A stretch of 64,000 nucleotides of DNA from Fistulifera solaris (taxonomy: Eukaryota), in contig AP026151.1 of NCBI GenBank assembly GCA_030295235.1, positions 558,001-622,000 on the forward strand, given 5' to 3'. The notes beneath the pieces are model-generated. The model made no database searches. It was not told where the DNA came from and worked only from the letters and a program-made list of their open reading frames with translations. Shown one piece after another: positions 48,301-61,700 of the stretch. Numbering within the stretch: the first letter of the stretch is position 1; each line of letters begins with the position of its first letter. The translations under genes and the position numbers were made by a program.

Positions 48301-51300
48301 GCGTTCCATCCGCAAATCCTACTTCAACACCGAGCGTATTGCCGACTGCGGATCCCAGCAAAGAACCATCGCGGACTCCAAGTGCCTCACCAACGGAAAT
48401 TCCGTCCGTGCTTCCTTCCAACTTGCCAACAACGCAACCAAGCTCGATTCCAAGCTCTTCGCCGTCGGAAATCCCCACTATTTATCCAAGCAGCAAACCA
48501 AGTTCCTTCCCTAGTCAGTCGCCAACAGAAGAACCAACAGGAACGCCATCGTACAAGCCGACTTCGAATCCTAGTAGCGCACCCACTCAATTACCAACGG
48601 ATTTACCGACTTGGAATCCGAGTTCGATGCCCACGGACGATCCATTATCCATGCCTTCGGTAGCTCCGAGCGAGGTCCTTACTTCAAAGCCCACGTCCGA
48701 CGTTGAGAAAGCTCCGAGCGGAATTATAAGCCCTTCTCCATCGGCACCGAGTGCCAAGCCTACGGAGTCTTCGAGAACGCCGACGGCAAATTCGCCTACC
48801 AGCACTACAAGTGATTGGCTGACCGCTTTGCCGACTTTCGAACCATCCAATATGCCGTCCGCGAGGCCCACCATCGACTCTAGCAGCATTCCGACTGATA
48901 TTCCAAGCAGTGAACCCACTATCGTACCAACACTTGATCCTTCGGCTGAACCAAGTAAATTTCCGAGCAGTATTCCGACGTCAAATCCCAGCAGAGTACC
49001 TTCAGCTTCTCCTTCTAATGGCCCGACGGCGGATCCCAGCAAAGAACCATCGCTATCTCCAAGTACTTGGCCAACTGAAAATCCGTCAGCAATTCCTACG
49101 AGTTTGCCAACCGTGCAACCCAGCTCGATTCCAACCTCTCCGCCATCGGAAATTCCAACTTCCGATCCAAGTAGCGAACCAACAATCGTCCCGTCCGCAG
49201 ATCCTACGTCAACACCGAGCTTCGAGCCGACTGCCGAACCTAGCAAAGAACCATCGTCGATTCCAAGTGCCTTGCCAACGGAAAATCCTTCTGCTCTGCC
49301 TACAAGCTTGCCAACCACGCAACCTAGCTCATTTCCAAGTTCTTTGCCATCGGCACTCCCCACTACTCATCCGAGCAGCAAACCCAGTTCTTTACCTAGC
49401 CAAACACCAACTGAAACGCCATCGTTGTCACCAACAACGGTTCCCACTCGCGCACCAACTCAACTGCCCACTGAACTTCCTGCTTTGAATCCAACTTTGG
49501 TGCCCACGGTATATCCTTCCACAACGCCTTCGGCATCTCCGAGCGAGGATCCTACTTCAAAGCCCACATCCCAAGGAGAAAAAAGCACCGAGTGAGATTC
49601 CAAGCGCGTCTCCCACGGAGACCATTTCACCAACCGAAGATCCAACTGAGTTACCGAGCACTTCACCGACCAAGCCGCCTAGCAGTGCTCCGAGTCGGCT
49701 GCCCACAGCTGTACCGACTTCAGTGCCATCTCAAATGCCGTCAACAACGCCCACCACTGAGCCTAGCAGTGTTCCGTCTGAGATCCCTAGCAGTCGTCCG
49801 ACCATCGTACCTACGATTGTGCCTTCGGAAAAGCCAAGTTTAATTCCAAGCAGCGCTCCGACTTTTCTTCCGAGCGGTGTGCCTACAATGTCGCCCTCTA
49901 AGATTCCCTCTTCTGGGCCGAGTTTGTCTCCGTCTTTGAATCCGAGTGTCCAACCGAGTATTTCGCCAACATCTTTACCGTCCACGACACCTAGCGGCAC
50001 GCCATCTGAAATTCCAAGTGGTAAACCAAGCACAGCACCAACTTCGACACCTACGATGGTTCCTAGCTCTCTGCCAACAAATTGGCCGAGTTCTTTACCG
50101 AGTTCAACGCCATCAGGGGAGCCCAGTCTCAATCCGACTGTCGTCCCATCGGGCGCTCCTTCTACGGCACCAACCGGCATTCCTTCCAAAATACCTAGCT
50201 CTTCACCGACCAGCGAGCCGAGCATTAACCCGAGCGTCGTCCCTTCGGTTTCTCCTTCGGTCACACCAACTGAAAATCCTTCCGAAGTACCGAGCGCGTC
50301 ACCATCTTCAGAACCCAGTGTCAGTCCGTCTCTTGTACCTTCCTCTGCTCCATCAGTAAGGCCAACCTCGGTTCCCTCAGCGGTTCCAAGCGCTAAGCCA
50401 ACGTCGACACCATCTTCTAGTCCGAGTCAGAATCCAAGCGAAAGCCCAAGCCATTCTCCTAGCAGTAAGCCGACGCAGGAAGGTGAACGAGCCCCGAGCG
50501 AAATACCAACCAGTTTGCCAACTGAGACAGTTGAGCCAAGTGGCACACCTTCAAAACCTCCTAGCAAATTTCCAAGCCAACTGCCGAGTTCACCTCCAAG
50601 CAGCTCGCCAACGACTTTTCCATCCGCATCGCCAAGTGAAAAACCAAGTCTAAGACCAACTGTCGAACCAACCACGAATCCCAGCTTTGTACCGTCATCT
50701 GTACCAACAATCGCACCGAGTGCTAGTCCGAGCCGCGAACCCAGTGCTGCGCCTACGATATCTCCCTCTGGACTTCCCTCTTCTGTTCCGAGTTGGTCAC
50801 CATCTGTCTTTCCGAGCGTCCTGCCGAGTAATGCACCGTCGTCTTTGCCGTCGCAGATTCCAAGCAGCATGCCCTCTGGCCAACCGAGCTCTATACCAAC
50901 CACAACACCTACTTCAACACCTACGATGGTACCTAGCTCTTTGCCAAGTGATCTTCCGACTGCATTACCAAGCTTTTCGCCATCAGGTGAGCCAAGCAGT
51001 AGTCCTAGCGTCGTGCCTTCGGGCGTTCCTTCCGTGATGCCTAGCTGGGCGCCTTCTGAAGTACCTAGCTCTTTGCCGACCAGCGAGCCAAGCATCAATC
51101 CAAGCGTCGTCCCTTCAGTCACTCCTTCGGTCCTACCAACTGAGGCTCCCTCCGAAATACCTAGTTTTCCACCATCTTCAGAACCCAGTGTCAGTCCGTC
51201 TTTTGTACCTTCTCCTGTTCCTTCTGAAGGACCCAGTTCAGTTCCATCACCGGTTCCTAGCGAAAGCCCGAGTGCTGTGTCGTCGTCTAGTCCAACTTTA

Positions 51301-54300
51301 TTCCCAAGCATTTCCTCGAGCGAGCCTTCAAGTGGCGAACCGACGCAAGAAGGTGAACGAGCTCCCAGCGAGTCCCCAAGCACTTCATCGATCAATACAT
51401 TTGTGCCGGCTGAAGATCATACCGAACTTCCATACACGAGCTCTTTTCCGAGCGCTTCAGCAAGTTTCGTACCAACAGATGCTCAAAATGCAGGTCCGAC
51501 TAGACCCAGCGATGTTCTGACCTTTTCGCCTTCTAATACACCAAGCGCAAATCTGGCTTTGTCGTCTCAATCGCCCGATTCTAGTTCGAAAGACCCATCT
51601 AATGCTTCTTCGAAATCGCTCAGTTCTACTCCCACAATCATTCCTTCGCCTGCAATCTCGGTCTTTCCGAGTTCTGGCCCTGCGATAAAAACTTCAGTTG
51701 AACCGGTTGCGTCCAATATGTGGGCAACCTCTATGCCTTCGGCTAAGACGTCACTTTCTCCAAATTGGGATCCAGATTCTGCCTCATTTGTCGGAGGCCC
51801 GTCTTCAAGTCCTTCAGAGGTGCAGCTCTCAAGTTCTCCCCATTCAAAACCGACATCTGCCTCTTCTGATGGACCATCTACTTCCGTTCAAACATCAGTG
51901 CCCACAGCTATACCCAGTCTTTCATCAGCAGATATATTTTCAACGTCTCCAACTTATTCTTTCCGCGCGCCTATTTCCTTACCACGGTCACCAGCTCCTT
52001 CCAACAGACCAACTCAAGACGTAACAAATTTGGGTGACCAGATTTGCGTCCAATTGGCGCGTCTAGAAGACACCTCAACCGACGCATACGGAAATGCTAT
52101 GTACACTGAGAACCCAATAAATATGTCCAAGCAAACCGGTTCAACAGTATCCTTTGTCGTTGAACAGACTTGGAAAGATGTTGGCTCCGTAAAGGCTATT
52201 CATGTCATGTACCAGGACGTGGATGATCGTATGCAATGCTCGATAAATATCGATGTTGCGAATGAAACTCCTGTGTACACTGCTCTTTGTGTCGATGGTG
52301 TTGCCGAAGTTGCAGTTTTTGTCACCGATGATTCCTTCACCGGACTTACCGACATTTCGGACAGAATCCCTGGTTCATGCACCATACCATCGCTAGATGT
52401 TGCGATGTTCATGTTCAGTGTACCGTGCGACCCTAACGACGAAGCTTTTTGCGCGGAAGAAACACTTTGTCCTGAAGTATCACCTTCTGGAAGCCCGACT
52501 ACCCTTTCGGAAGAATCCGCAAACGAAATGCCAAACAACTCACCAAACAAGGCTCCGAGCACGGCCCCAAGCGAAAATCCAAGTGAGTCCTCGGAAGACG
52601 ACTTGAGTGAATCTCCGAGCACTTCACCAAGCGAATCGCCGAGCATAGCACCGAGCGAATTCCCAAGCGAGTCTCCAAGCACATTTCCAAGCGAATCTCC
52701 AAGCATATCGCCTAGTAAATTGGCAAGCGAGTTCTCCGATGATGATTCAAGCGAGGCCCCAAGCACGGAGATCAGCGAAGCTCCAACCGATACGCCAAAT
52801 ACTTTGCCGTCCGAAACACCGTCAGTTTCTCCGATTTTGAATACGGTTCGGACCATCAAAGATCCCATTTGCTTGCAAGAGGCTCAACTGCAAGGAACTT
52901 CAGTTGAGCAAGACGGACCGTTCATGTACTCCTCAATGCCTATCCGAATCGGATCCCAAACAAGCACAACTGTTACCTTCACAATTGAGAATGCATGGAC
53001 TGCCGATGACGACGGAAGTCTGGATTTCATCCATGCTGTTTTCGTAGGAACCGACAAAGCCATGGTGTGCTCTCAAAGTGCAGCTGTTGTTGACTCAACG
53101 CAAGACTTTACTACTTTATGCGTTGACGGCGTAGCCGACGTCGTACTTTTCGTCACAGATGCGTCTTTCCAAGGTGCAGACAATGTCACCGACAACATCC
53201 CGTCGTTCTGTCAATCTAGTGATGAGAACACAGTCATGTTTACGTTTCGAATTCCATGTGACCCAGCCGACGAGTCCTTTTGCAATGAGAAGTCCTTGTG
53301 CCCTGAAACTGAAGCACCTGATACCGTCGCCACGTCTTTGGTCTCGTGCCAACAAGAGGCTCGCTTGGATAGTGATTCCACCAACAAAGACAAGAATGGC
53401 ATGTACACTTCGACTCCTATCGTGATTGCTGATCAGCAGTCGACAAAAGTCTCTTTCAAGATGAAGCAGTCGTGGAGCACGCCCGATGGAACTTTGGGTG
53501 CTATGAGCGTATACTACGAGAGTTCGAGCGATGAAAGGATGATCTGTGATGAAATCACAAACATCCATCAAGAAAGTCCGCTGTATACTGCCAAATGCGT
53601 GGGTGAAGTGGCAGAGATTGCTCTCTTTATCCGTGATGATTCCTTTAATGAGCTCATGGATGTGTCCAACACTGTTCCGTCGATCTGCTCAGACGCTCAA
53701 GAATGTCCTGCAGGGAAACTAGCTGTATTCTTTTTACTATCCCGTGCAATTCTTCCGACGAGAGCTTCTGTATTAACAGCGAAGTTGAAGGTGATGGGTC
53801 TTTCAGCATGCAAATGCGAGACGACAAAGAAGGTCATATTGTCATTACATCCAATGACATCAGCTGCGGGGTCATCCACAATGAAACGTTTGAGTCGCCA
53901 GGTGATGCCTTGTCGTGGGAAGGAGGAATCGAATCGAGTATTGAAGCGTTTGGCAACTTTCTCGGACGGTTCGGAAGCGACAATCCAGAAGTTCACAAAG
54001 TGTTTCGAATGCCCGTCGAAGCCAGCTCTGCTACTATCCGATTCCAGTTGTATGTGATCAACGGAGGGTCCATCGAAGATACGCTGCAGTTGGGGATCCA
54101 GAATTCTTGGGTAGACATCAATTTAACCTCGGAAGCGACGCACTACCACCAAGATGAATCCATTACCCTTCGTGATCGCGATTCCGACAGATTGAGCTTC
54201 ATCAGTACGGCCAAAGGTGACGGTTCGACGTATAACATTGAATTGACGATCCCCAACCGTTGGTGGTTGAACCACAACAACGACTGCTCCTTTGGATTTC

Positions 54301-54635
54301 GTGTGATCACCAATAATGACATTAATGAGGACGGTTACGGAGTCGACAATTTTACCGTCAAAGTTGATTGCCAAACAAAACGCCGAACGAAAGGTCTTGT
54401 AAACGATCCTCAAACCGAGCCAAGCGAAGCAGGCGACGATGGTTCGACATATTGTCAGTCGTCTGACTATCCTTGCGCTGAAGGTAACGATATGGTCAAC
54501 GTTTGTCACTATTCCTCACGACAGGGATATCAAACATTCTGCATCCCTGAACAAGATTCGGAAATCCTTCGCTTTTACAGAAATGATTACTGCGGACCGT
54601 GCGCGTACGCCTTTCGCAAGGCAATCGTCGAATAA
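42332..54635 (+). CDS. Giant secreted mucin-like Pro/Ser/Thr-repeat protein (~4000 aa), paralogue 1; about five frameshifts
   Basis: Signal-like N-terminus; PSxxPT repeats; four related Cys-rich domains (~44290, 52045, 52870, 53350); C-terminal YCQSSDYPC...VCHYSSRQGYQTFC...DYCGPC. Confidence 0.85.
46569..49580 (+). repeat. Four degenerate 730-790 bp coding repeats inside paralogue 1
   Basis: PTIDxxxxxTxxPSxxPT anchors at 46569, 47301, 48078 and 48867. A further 870-bp-spaced duplication starts at 50041 and 50911. Confidence 0.85.
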
Positions 54636-55773
54636 TCTAGCATCATCCGTGTAGTGCGCTAATTACTGTAAACAAGTGTTCAATGAATTGATTGCATTTT
54701 ACAATAACAAAACAGTGCCGTCATCGTCGTTTCATTTATTTTCGTGCTTCGAGCTATTCGAGTGCGTGCCGTCTGTTTTCTCGTGCGTAAACATCGATCC
54801 TATAAGGTTACAGTTAAAAACTCTTACCGGCGTACGGTACTTAGCGCTATCTGATTGGCTGTAGAAGTGAATACCGCTCCGATCGAATTTACCTTTGATC
54901 GCAAATCATCGCAAGGTTTACCGTGTAAATTCATGTCGCAACGACCGCATGACGATGACAACGATGTCATTCATAGAAGGAAAAGCAAAATTTAATTGCT
55001 GTCAAAGATTTTGCAGTGTCTTGAGTTACATTGTGTCGTGCTTCAGTATCAAGAGGCGCTGGTTATCGGTTTCGTGCGGACTGTTGGCAAGACTGTACCA
55101 CAGGAGTAAATGAGTTGATGATTCTTCATGATGTGAGCATCACCAGCGATTGCTCAATTGTCGTAAATTCGTTCTTTTCTACGTTTCATGCTCTCAACAA
55201 AGTATCCGATACAGCTTGTAAAGTCGAGAAAGGAGTTCGTCGAGATTCGGTAAAAGAAGACAGGCGGTGGCAGTTGAAAGTCGAGCATAAAAAGGCATAA
55301 CAATCTATCCTCTCCTCTCGTCAACTCAAGACCGAAATTACCGGTAAACTAAGATCTGTTTGGCTGTAAGACCGGTTGAGTGGTTCACAAAAGTCATTTT
55401 TCGGGTACGAAATAAGTATCAAGCAGCAAAGTGCGCCTCGAGAGGAGTTCTTGAACTTTCTTGGTCTTGATATTGCATGTTTGTGAAATGGAAATCAAGA
55501 TTTTGTGATTGTTTATTCTTTCGTTCATTGTTGCCTGGTTAATGATGTGATCTTGTATGGAACGCGAAACGGAAATGGCTTAATCCTTTACGCTCTAACC
55601 GCAAACCATGTTCCGGTAGCTTGGATTTCATGTTTCATCAAAAATTTATGGTTTACGATTTACGAGGACTTTGCGGTATAGGCATCATTGAACAAAAGCT
55701 AGCGCCGTTTCCTCTCGCCTATCTCATACTTTCGACAGAAAAGTATCCTCAAGACAATAAACAACAAGCAACG

Positions 55774-58700
55774 ATGAAACTTTACCAAGCAAGCATTAGC
55801 ACTATTCTACTTACCTTCATTCGACTCGGAGCATTAGAGACATCGCAGGACGGCGGCGCGAGTCCTTTGGCAAACGGCGAATGGTCGGCAGAGTCCGCCG
55901 AGAAGGACCCCGTGTACGCTGACAAGGAGATTACGTTCTTTTCGAACTTTGGTGCTACGTCGAATCGCAACAAAAAGAAAGGTCGTTTGGATTGCGATTG
56001 GGATCATCCCGAAAAGGTCAAGCATTGTCCTCCGGCTGCGGTATCCCCATTTGTCGGCGGCGGTGGACCGCCTGGTGCTCCTCCCGAGGATGACGTGAGT
56101 TGCCTCCGCACTCCAAATCATTCGCTTTGTCGAGAATTGCACTTTGGCACAGAAACTGTTACAACATCCGAGACGAGCCGTGTTCTTGTCAATGGCAACA
56201 CCACTGATGAAACCGTGAAGATATCTATTAATGCGACACAGAACGTTTCGGAGACCGAGGATGCCCCGAACTCTTTTGTTGCAGAATTTCCGGTTGCTTT
56301 CGTCGCTACGGAAGCTCCGACTCGAGATGATTGCTACGGAAATATGTTTGACGGCCGCTTCTGCGCGTCCTCCATGCCTTCTGTAACCGAGGAGCCGACG
56401 ACAGAACCCAAAGCGATTCCTTCGCGCGGAAAACTCAAAGAACCAACACCGTCGGAACTTGGTAGTGATAGCGGTGAAGTGGAAATTCCGTCGGGAGACG
56501 ATTCAAATGCTGACCAGGGAGGAGCGAGAGTCCCTAAAGGTCACGTTGATAAACACGGCTCCGAGGTCCCTTCGCTTTCAAACGAACCAACTGCTATTCC
56601 TTCTGATTCTTTCAAGTACGACAGAGGTGGTGCAAAGTTGCCGACATTTGCGTTACCCGACCCGAGTGCCAGTCCCAGCACTATTCCGACAAACAATCCT
56701 ACTCCTTTCTCCAGTCCGACTCCTTCATCTGCCCCCACTAGATGCGAAGATCGTGTTGCGGGTACCTTGGAGCGTCAACCTGGAAACGAAGTTTGTGTCG
56801 AGGCGTCGCTAGCAGTGACGACAGTGTCTCGTACGCACGAAACTGTTTCGTTCTCTGTCAAGCAAAATTTCACTCAGAGTGCGTTAACATGGATCGCAAC
56901 GCAGTACGTTGGTGTCAATAGCATTGCTGCTTGCGACACTCAAAAAGATCTACCCGTTGGACAGTCATTGACCTACACCGCCGCTTGTGACGAGAATTTC
57001 TGGGCTCTTATCAACATTTACGTCCACGACGAAACGGCCAAGTCGGCCGCGTATGTTCCTGGCGAATGTTCGGTGGATCTGATAGATGGCGGTGCGTGCG
57101 CCTACACAATTCAATTGCCTTGTGATTGTTCGGGCCTTTCTTTGTCACCGCAATCGCCTACCCCGTCGCCCTACCTCAACGCCGTCGGGGCATCCTACAA
57201 CAACACGAAGTGACGAGCCGACTTTGAATTTATCTGAGATTCCTACGCCAGAAATGTCGGCTTTTCCGAGTTCAACACCATTTTTAGCACCTTCTAGTGG
57301 GCTCGGCGAAACACCAACCACGTTTCCCAGCACAAACCCAAGTGCCCTTTTAACCTCCAAGCCATCCGCAGTCAGCAACCAGCCAAGTTCAGAGCATAAG
57401 AAAGACCGTACAAAGCCTGGTGCTCCGACAAGTTCCACCTCGCAGCCTAGCTCCTTGCCAATCATCTTTTCTTCTGATTCGCTCTCCGACTTGCCAACCA
57501 GCGGTCCCTCGTACGAATCAGTGGAATTGGCATCTAAAGAGCCATCGCACGATCGTGGCGCTTTCCTATCTGCATTGCCTTCAATTGGACCCACATCGAA
57601 ACCAAGTCGACAGGCATCTCTTACACCTTCTGATAGCCCCTCGTCAACTCCAACTTCACTCCCCTCCATCGGTCCTACGGTAGTGCCATCTGAAAACGAC
57701 ATTCCGGAAATCATAACACTGCCGCCATTGCCGGTACCCACCGGAGCCTTGCCCTCCAGCAACCCATCGAACGAACCAACAATTCTTTCCAGCACAAATC
57801 CGAGTGGGAATCCATCAAATGAATTATCCGAGGTACCTTCCGCGACTCCCAGCAGAGAGCAAACGGAAATGCCGTCGATTAGATCAAGTAGCGGGCCGTT
57901 GGCTGAACCAAGTCTTAATCCATCAAAATCGCCAGTTGATTTATCTTCGGTACAGCCAACGAGCGGACCATCTATTCCTAGCTCCTATTACAGTGACAAC
58001 CCGACAATTGCAATGACGCAGCAGCCGGGTAGTAATCCCAGACTCCCACAATCGGCGGAACCTTTGGCTTTCAATACTAGGAGTCCAACGGAACAGAGAA
58101 GCCCACAGCCAACTGAAGAAGCGACTGCCAACTCTTCGGAGAAACCGCTTAGTAGTCCAAGCAACAGTCCTTACGAGAAGCCATCGTTTTCGCCTTCGAG
58201 TCCATCATCTAGCAATCCGTTCATACTTTCATCGGATGCTCCTCACGATCGGTATAACCGACGAGCCTAGTCCTGTCAAGTCCGATGAGCCTTCGGATTT
58301 TCCAAGCGGTCTACCTACCGGTAAACTCGGCTCAGAGCCGAGATCTGAATCAACATTAAGCCCATCTGCATCGCCTCGCAGCTCTTCCAGCTATGAACCG
58401 ACTCACCTGCCGACAGACCCACCACACGAGACTTTGAGTGATAATCCCAGTGATACTCCTAGCTCATTATCATCTGAGCCGACTACTAGTCCGCAAGCAC
58501 CAGCAAGTTCAGTGCCAATGGTCATAAGTGACTCGCCAAGCGATTTTCCCGCTTATATTGCCAGTGAACAGCCAGCTGCTGATTATAGTGACGAACCTTC
58601 GGTAGGACCGAGTGCACAACAAAGCGATATCCCTACTTTTCAACCCGACTTTTCAGGGAGAGAGTGCTCCGAGTGAAGTTCAGAGCTTTTCTCCTACTCG

Positions 58701-61700
58701 AACAATTCAACCGAGCGGAGTGCCAACCGTTTCATCTAGTGCAGTGCCGAACGTCCAACCTTCTTCGTTTCCCTCCATCAACGTATGCGAGGGACTATGA
58801 ACGAATCACTTTCAATGAAGATGGATTCGGCAATCCTATTGCAGCAGGATCTTTTGTGTCTATGCAATGGATGAATTATGGCTTCAAACTTAAAGCATTA
58901 GCGCGATCCGACAGCTCGGGTGGATACATGGAGAACGGTTGGCCGAGAATATTTGATACATTAAATCCGGGTACAGAGATCACTGGTACGCCTTCCTTAG
59001 CAGGTGATTTTGGCAACGTTCTCATTCTGCAACAGCAAAGAGACAAGGGTCAAGTGAAATGGCAAGCAAATGAGAACGGCGGAGTAATAGTTTTTGATTT
59101 TGAGGTCGCATCACGAGGCTTAAATCGTAGATATTGGACTCCACAATGTTGTAGAGAACGCTCAAATACAGCGTTGAAAAAGGGGACGGGCGTAGTAACC
59201 GAGTTTGACGTGACTTTCAAGGAGAAAAACGTTCCTGTCGTCCTACCGCTGAACGTTTTCAGTGTCAAAAGGTTGAAGTAAAAATGCAAGGACCCAGCCG
59301 TGACTTTCCTCAGCATTTGTTACGATAAAGGAGTTCGTCCGTCGACAACAATACCTGGAAACTTGTGGCCCACCGAACAGCCGAGTGTACCGCCAAGTTT
59401 TAGTCCAGCTCCCACCCGTTTGCCGACAACGACTCAGGTTCCAAGTATGATTCCAAGTTCAGTTCCGACTGCTGAGGGGGAAAAAGCACCCAGCGAGAAT
59501 CCAAGCATTTTCCCAACCTCTCACGTTTTGTTCCAACATCCGTGTCCTCTCAACTGCCAAGCATGTCAACCACGATTAGCCCAAGCTCTATGGAATCAGA
59601 TGCACCGGAGCAGCCAAGCGAATCCCCGACCACATTGCCAACTAGCAAACCGAGTAACAGTCCGAGCTATGAGCCTAATGCTGCTCCTAGCATTTTGCCG
59701 TCCGGGACGCCATCACTTTCTCCGACTTCACTCCCGAGCCTCGCACCCGTGTCTTCGCCTTCTTTTGCGCCAAGCAGTTTACCTTCTGTAGTCCCCACTC
59801 TTGATGACAGTACCTCACCAAGTTTGACGCCCACATCTGAGCCAACTAGCACTCCAAGCTCTTCACCCGTCAGCGAACCGAGCAGCAACCCCAGCATCAG
59901 TCCTTCATTGTCACCATCAGGTGCTCTGAGTTTAAGCCCTTCGGAAGAGCCAAGCTCAATTCCGTCGATAGATCCAAGCAGTGTTCCGTCTTCTCGACCT
60001 AGCAATGAGCCTAGTAACCTACCGAGCGTGTTTCCAAGTACCATACCGGCGCAAGAAGGTGAGAAAGCACCAAGCGAGACACCGAGTTCGACACCCACGG
60101 AGTCTACTGAACCCAGCAGCATTCCTACCCAGACCAGGAGTGCCAGTCCAAGCTTTGAACCGACCGCAGTGTTGTCAAGCGCACCAAGCACTAGTCCGAG
60201 TGCGTCTCCTTCTTTCTTGCCAAGTAATTCGCCACTTGTTACATTGTCTGAACCTCCGAGCGAGAAACCTTCTAAGAGACCAAGCTCGACCGACTACAGA
60301 GCCTTCTTTGACACCCACGATGGTACTTAGTCTTTTCCTAGCACAGCCCCTAGCTCGACACCCACCAATAAACAAAGCGCCCGACCCGACCATGGAGTTG
60401 TCGACGAATCCTTCTGCAAAGCCAAGTGTTGCTCCTTCTCTTACGCCAAGCACCTTTTTAAGCGGAGTACCAAGTTCCTTTCCCAGCATCGAACCAACTA
60501 GTCAATCGAGCTTGTCTCCAAGTGCCGAACCGACACAGGAAGGCGAGAAAGCTAAGCGAGCTACCGAGCGATGCACCGACAGAATCGTTGGCTCCCAGTA
60601 ATGCTCCTACTCAGCCACAAAGCGAGGAACCGAGCGTAACTCCCACAGGATCAGCAAGCGACGTACCGAGTCAACGGCCAACCTTTACTCCAACCAAACC
60701 AGAAGGTAAGTTTTAATTCGAATGCAGAGTAAGAAAATCCTTCTGTTTGACCCACATATCACACCGCATCCAGACCCATCGTCGGCACCTTCAGAGAGAC
60801 CGACTTCTCTTCCCAGTAGCCTCTCGGCTCCTCCTAGTTCCGGTCCTTCATCTTTGCCGTCGATCACACCATCTATCATTCCCAGTTCACATCCGATAAT
60901 GCTTGTTTCTGCCGAGCCTTCTATTTCTCCGACTTCCTTTAACTCACTTTCACCGACAACCATTCCTACGATGTCTCCGCTGTCGTCCTTCCCTTCAATC
61001 GAACCAACCAAAGAAGTGTCGAGTTTAAATGACCCGATATGCGTCCAAGTAGCTCGTCTAGAAGACACTTCAGTTGCACCGGATGGAAGCGGCATGTACA
61101 GTGGAAACCCGATTAGTGTATCCAAGCAAAAGGTTCAACAGTATCTTTTGTTGTTGAACAGACCTGGAAAGATGTTGGCTCTATTCGGGCTATTAGTGTC
61201 GCGTACGAGGACGTGGTATGCAATGTCCTCAGAATGTAAATGTCACTGAGCAATCCCCAGTGTACACTGCTCTTTGTGTCGATGGTGTTGCCGAAGTAGC
61301 ACTTTTCGTCAGCGATGAATCCTTCACCGGACTAACTGACATCTCGGACAGAGTCCCTGCTCTATGCACCAATTCTGCGGCAGACTTTGCTATGTTCATG
61401 TTCAGTGTCCCTTGCGACCCCTAACGATGAAACGTTTTGTGCGGAAGAAACAATGTGCCCTGAAACCTCCCCGTCAGAGATACCATCCTCAGCGCCCAGC
61501 AAGGATCAAAGCGAACTCAAGAGTACAAAGAGAAGTGAATCGTTGAGCAAAGCGCCAAGTAGTGCGACATCTGTGGAACCTTCATTTTCTCCGACTTCGG
61601 ATGCGCCTCGCATCTTCGAGGATCCCATATGCGTGCAAACGGCTCATATGGAAGCAACATCAGCCAAGGAAGACGGACCGTTTATATATTTCTCCATGCC

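Noticed and set aside
43400..61125. Long Gly/Leu/Val-rich minus-strand ORFs
   Set aside because: Antisense shadows of the Pro/Ser/Thr repeat coding sequence.
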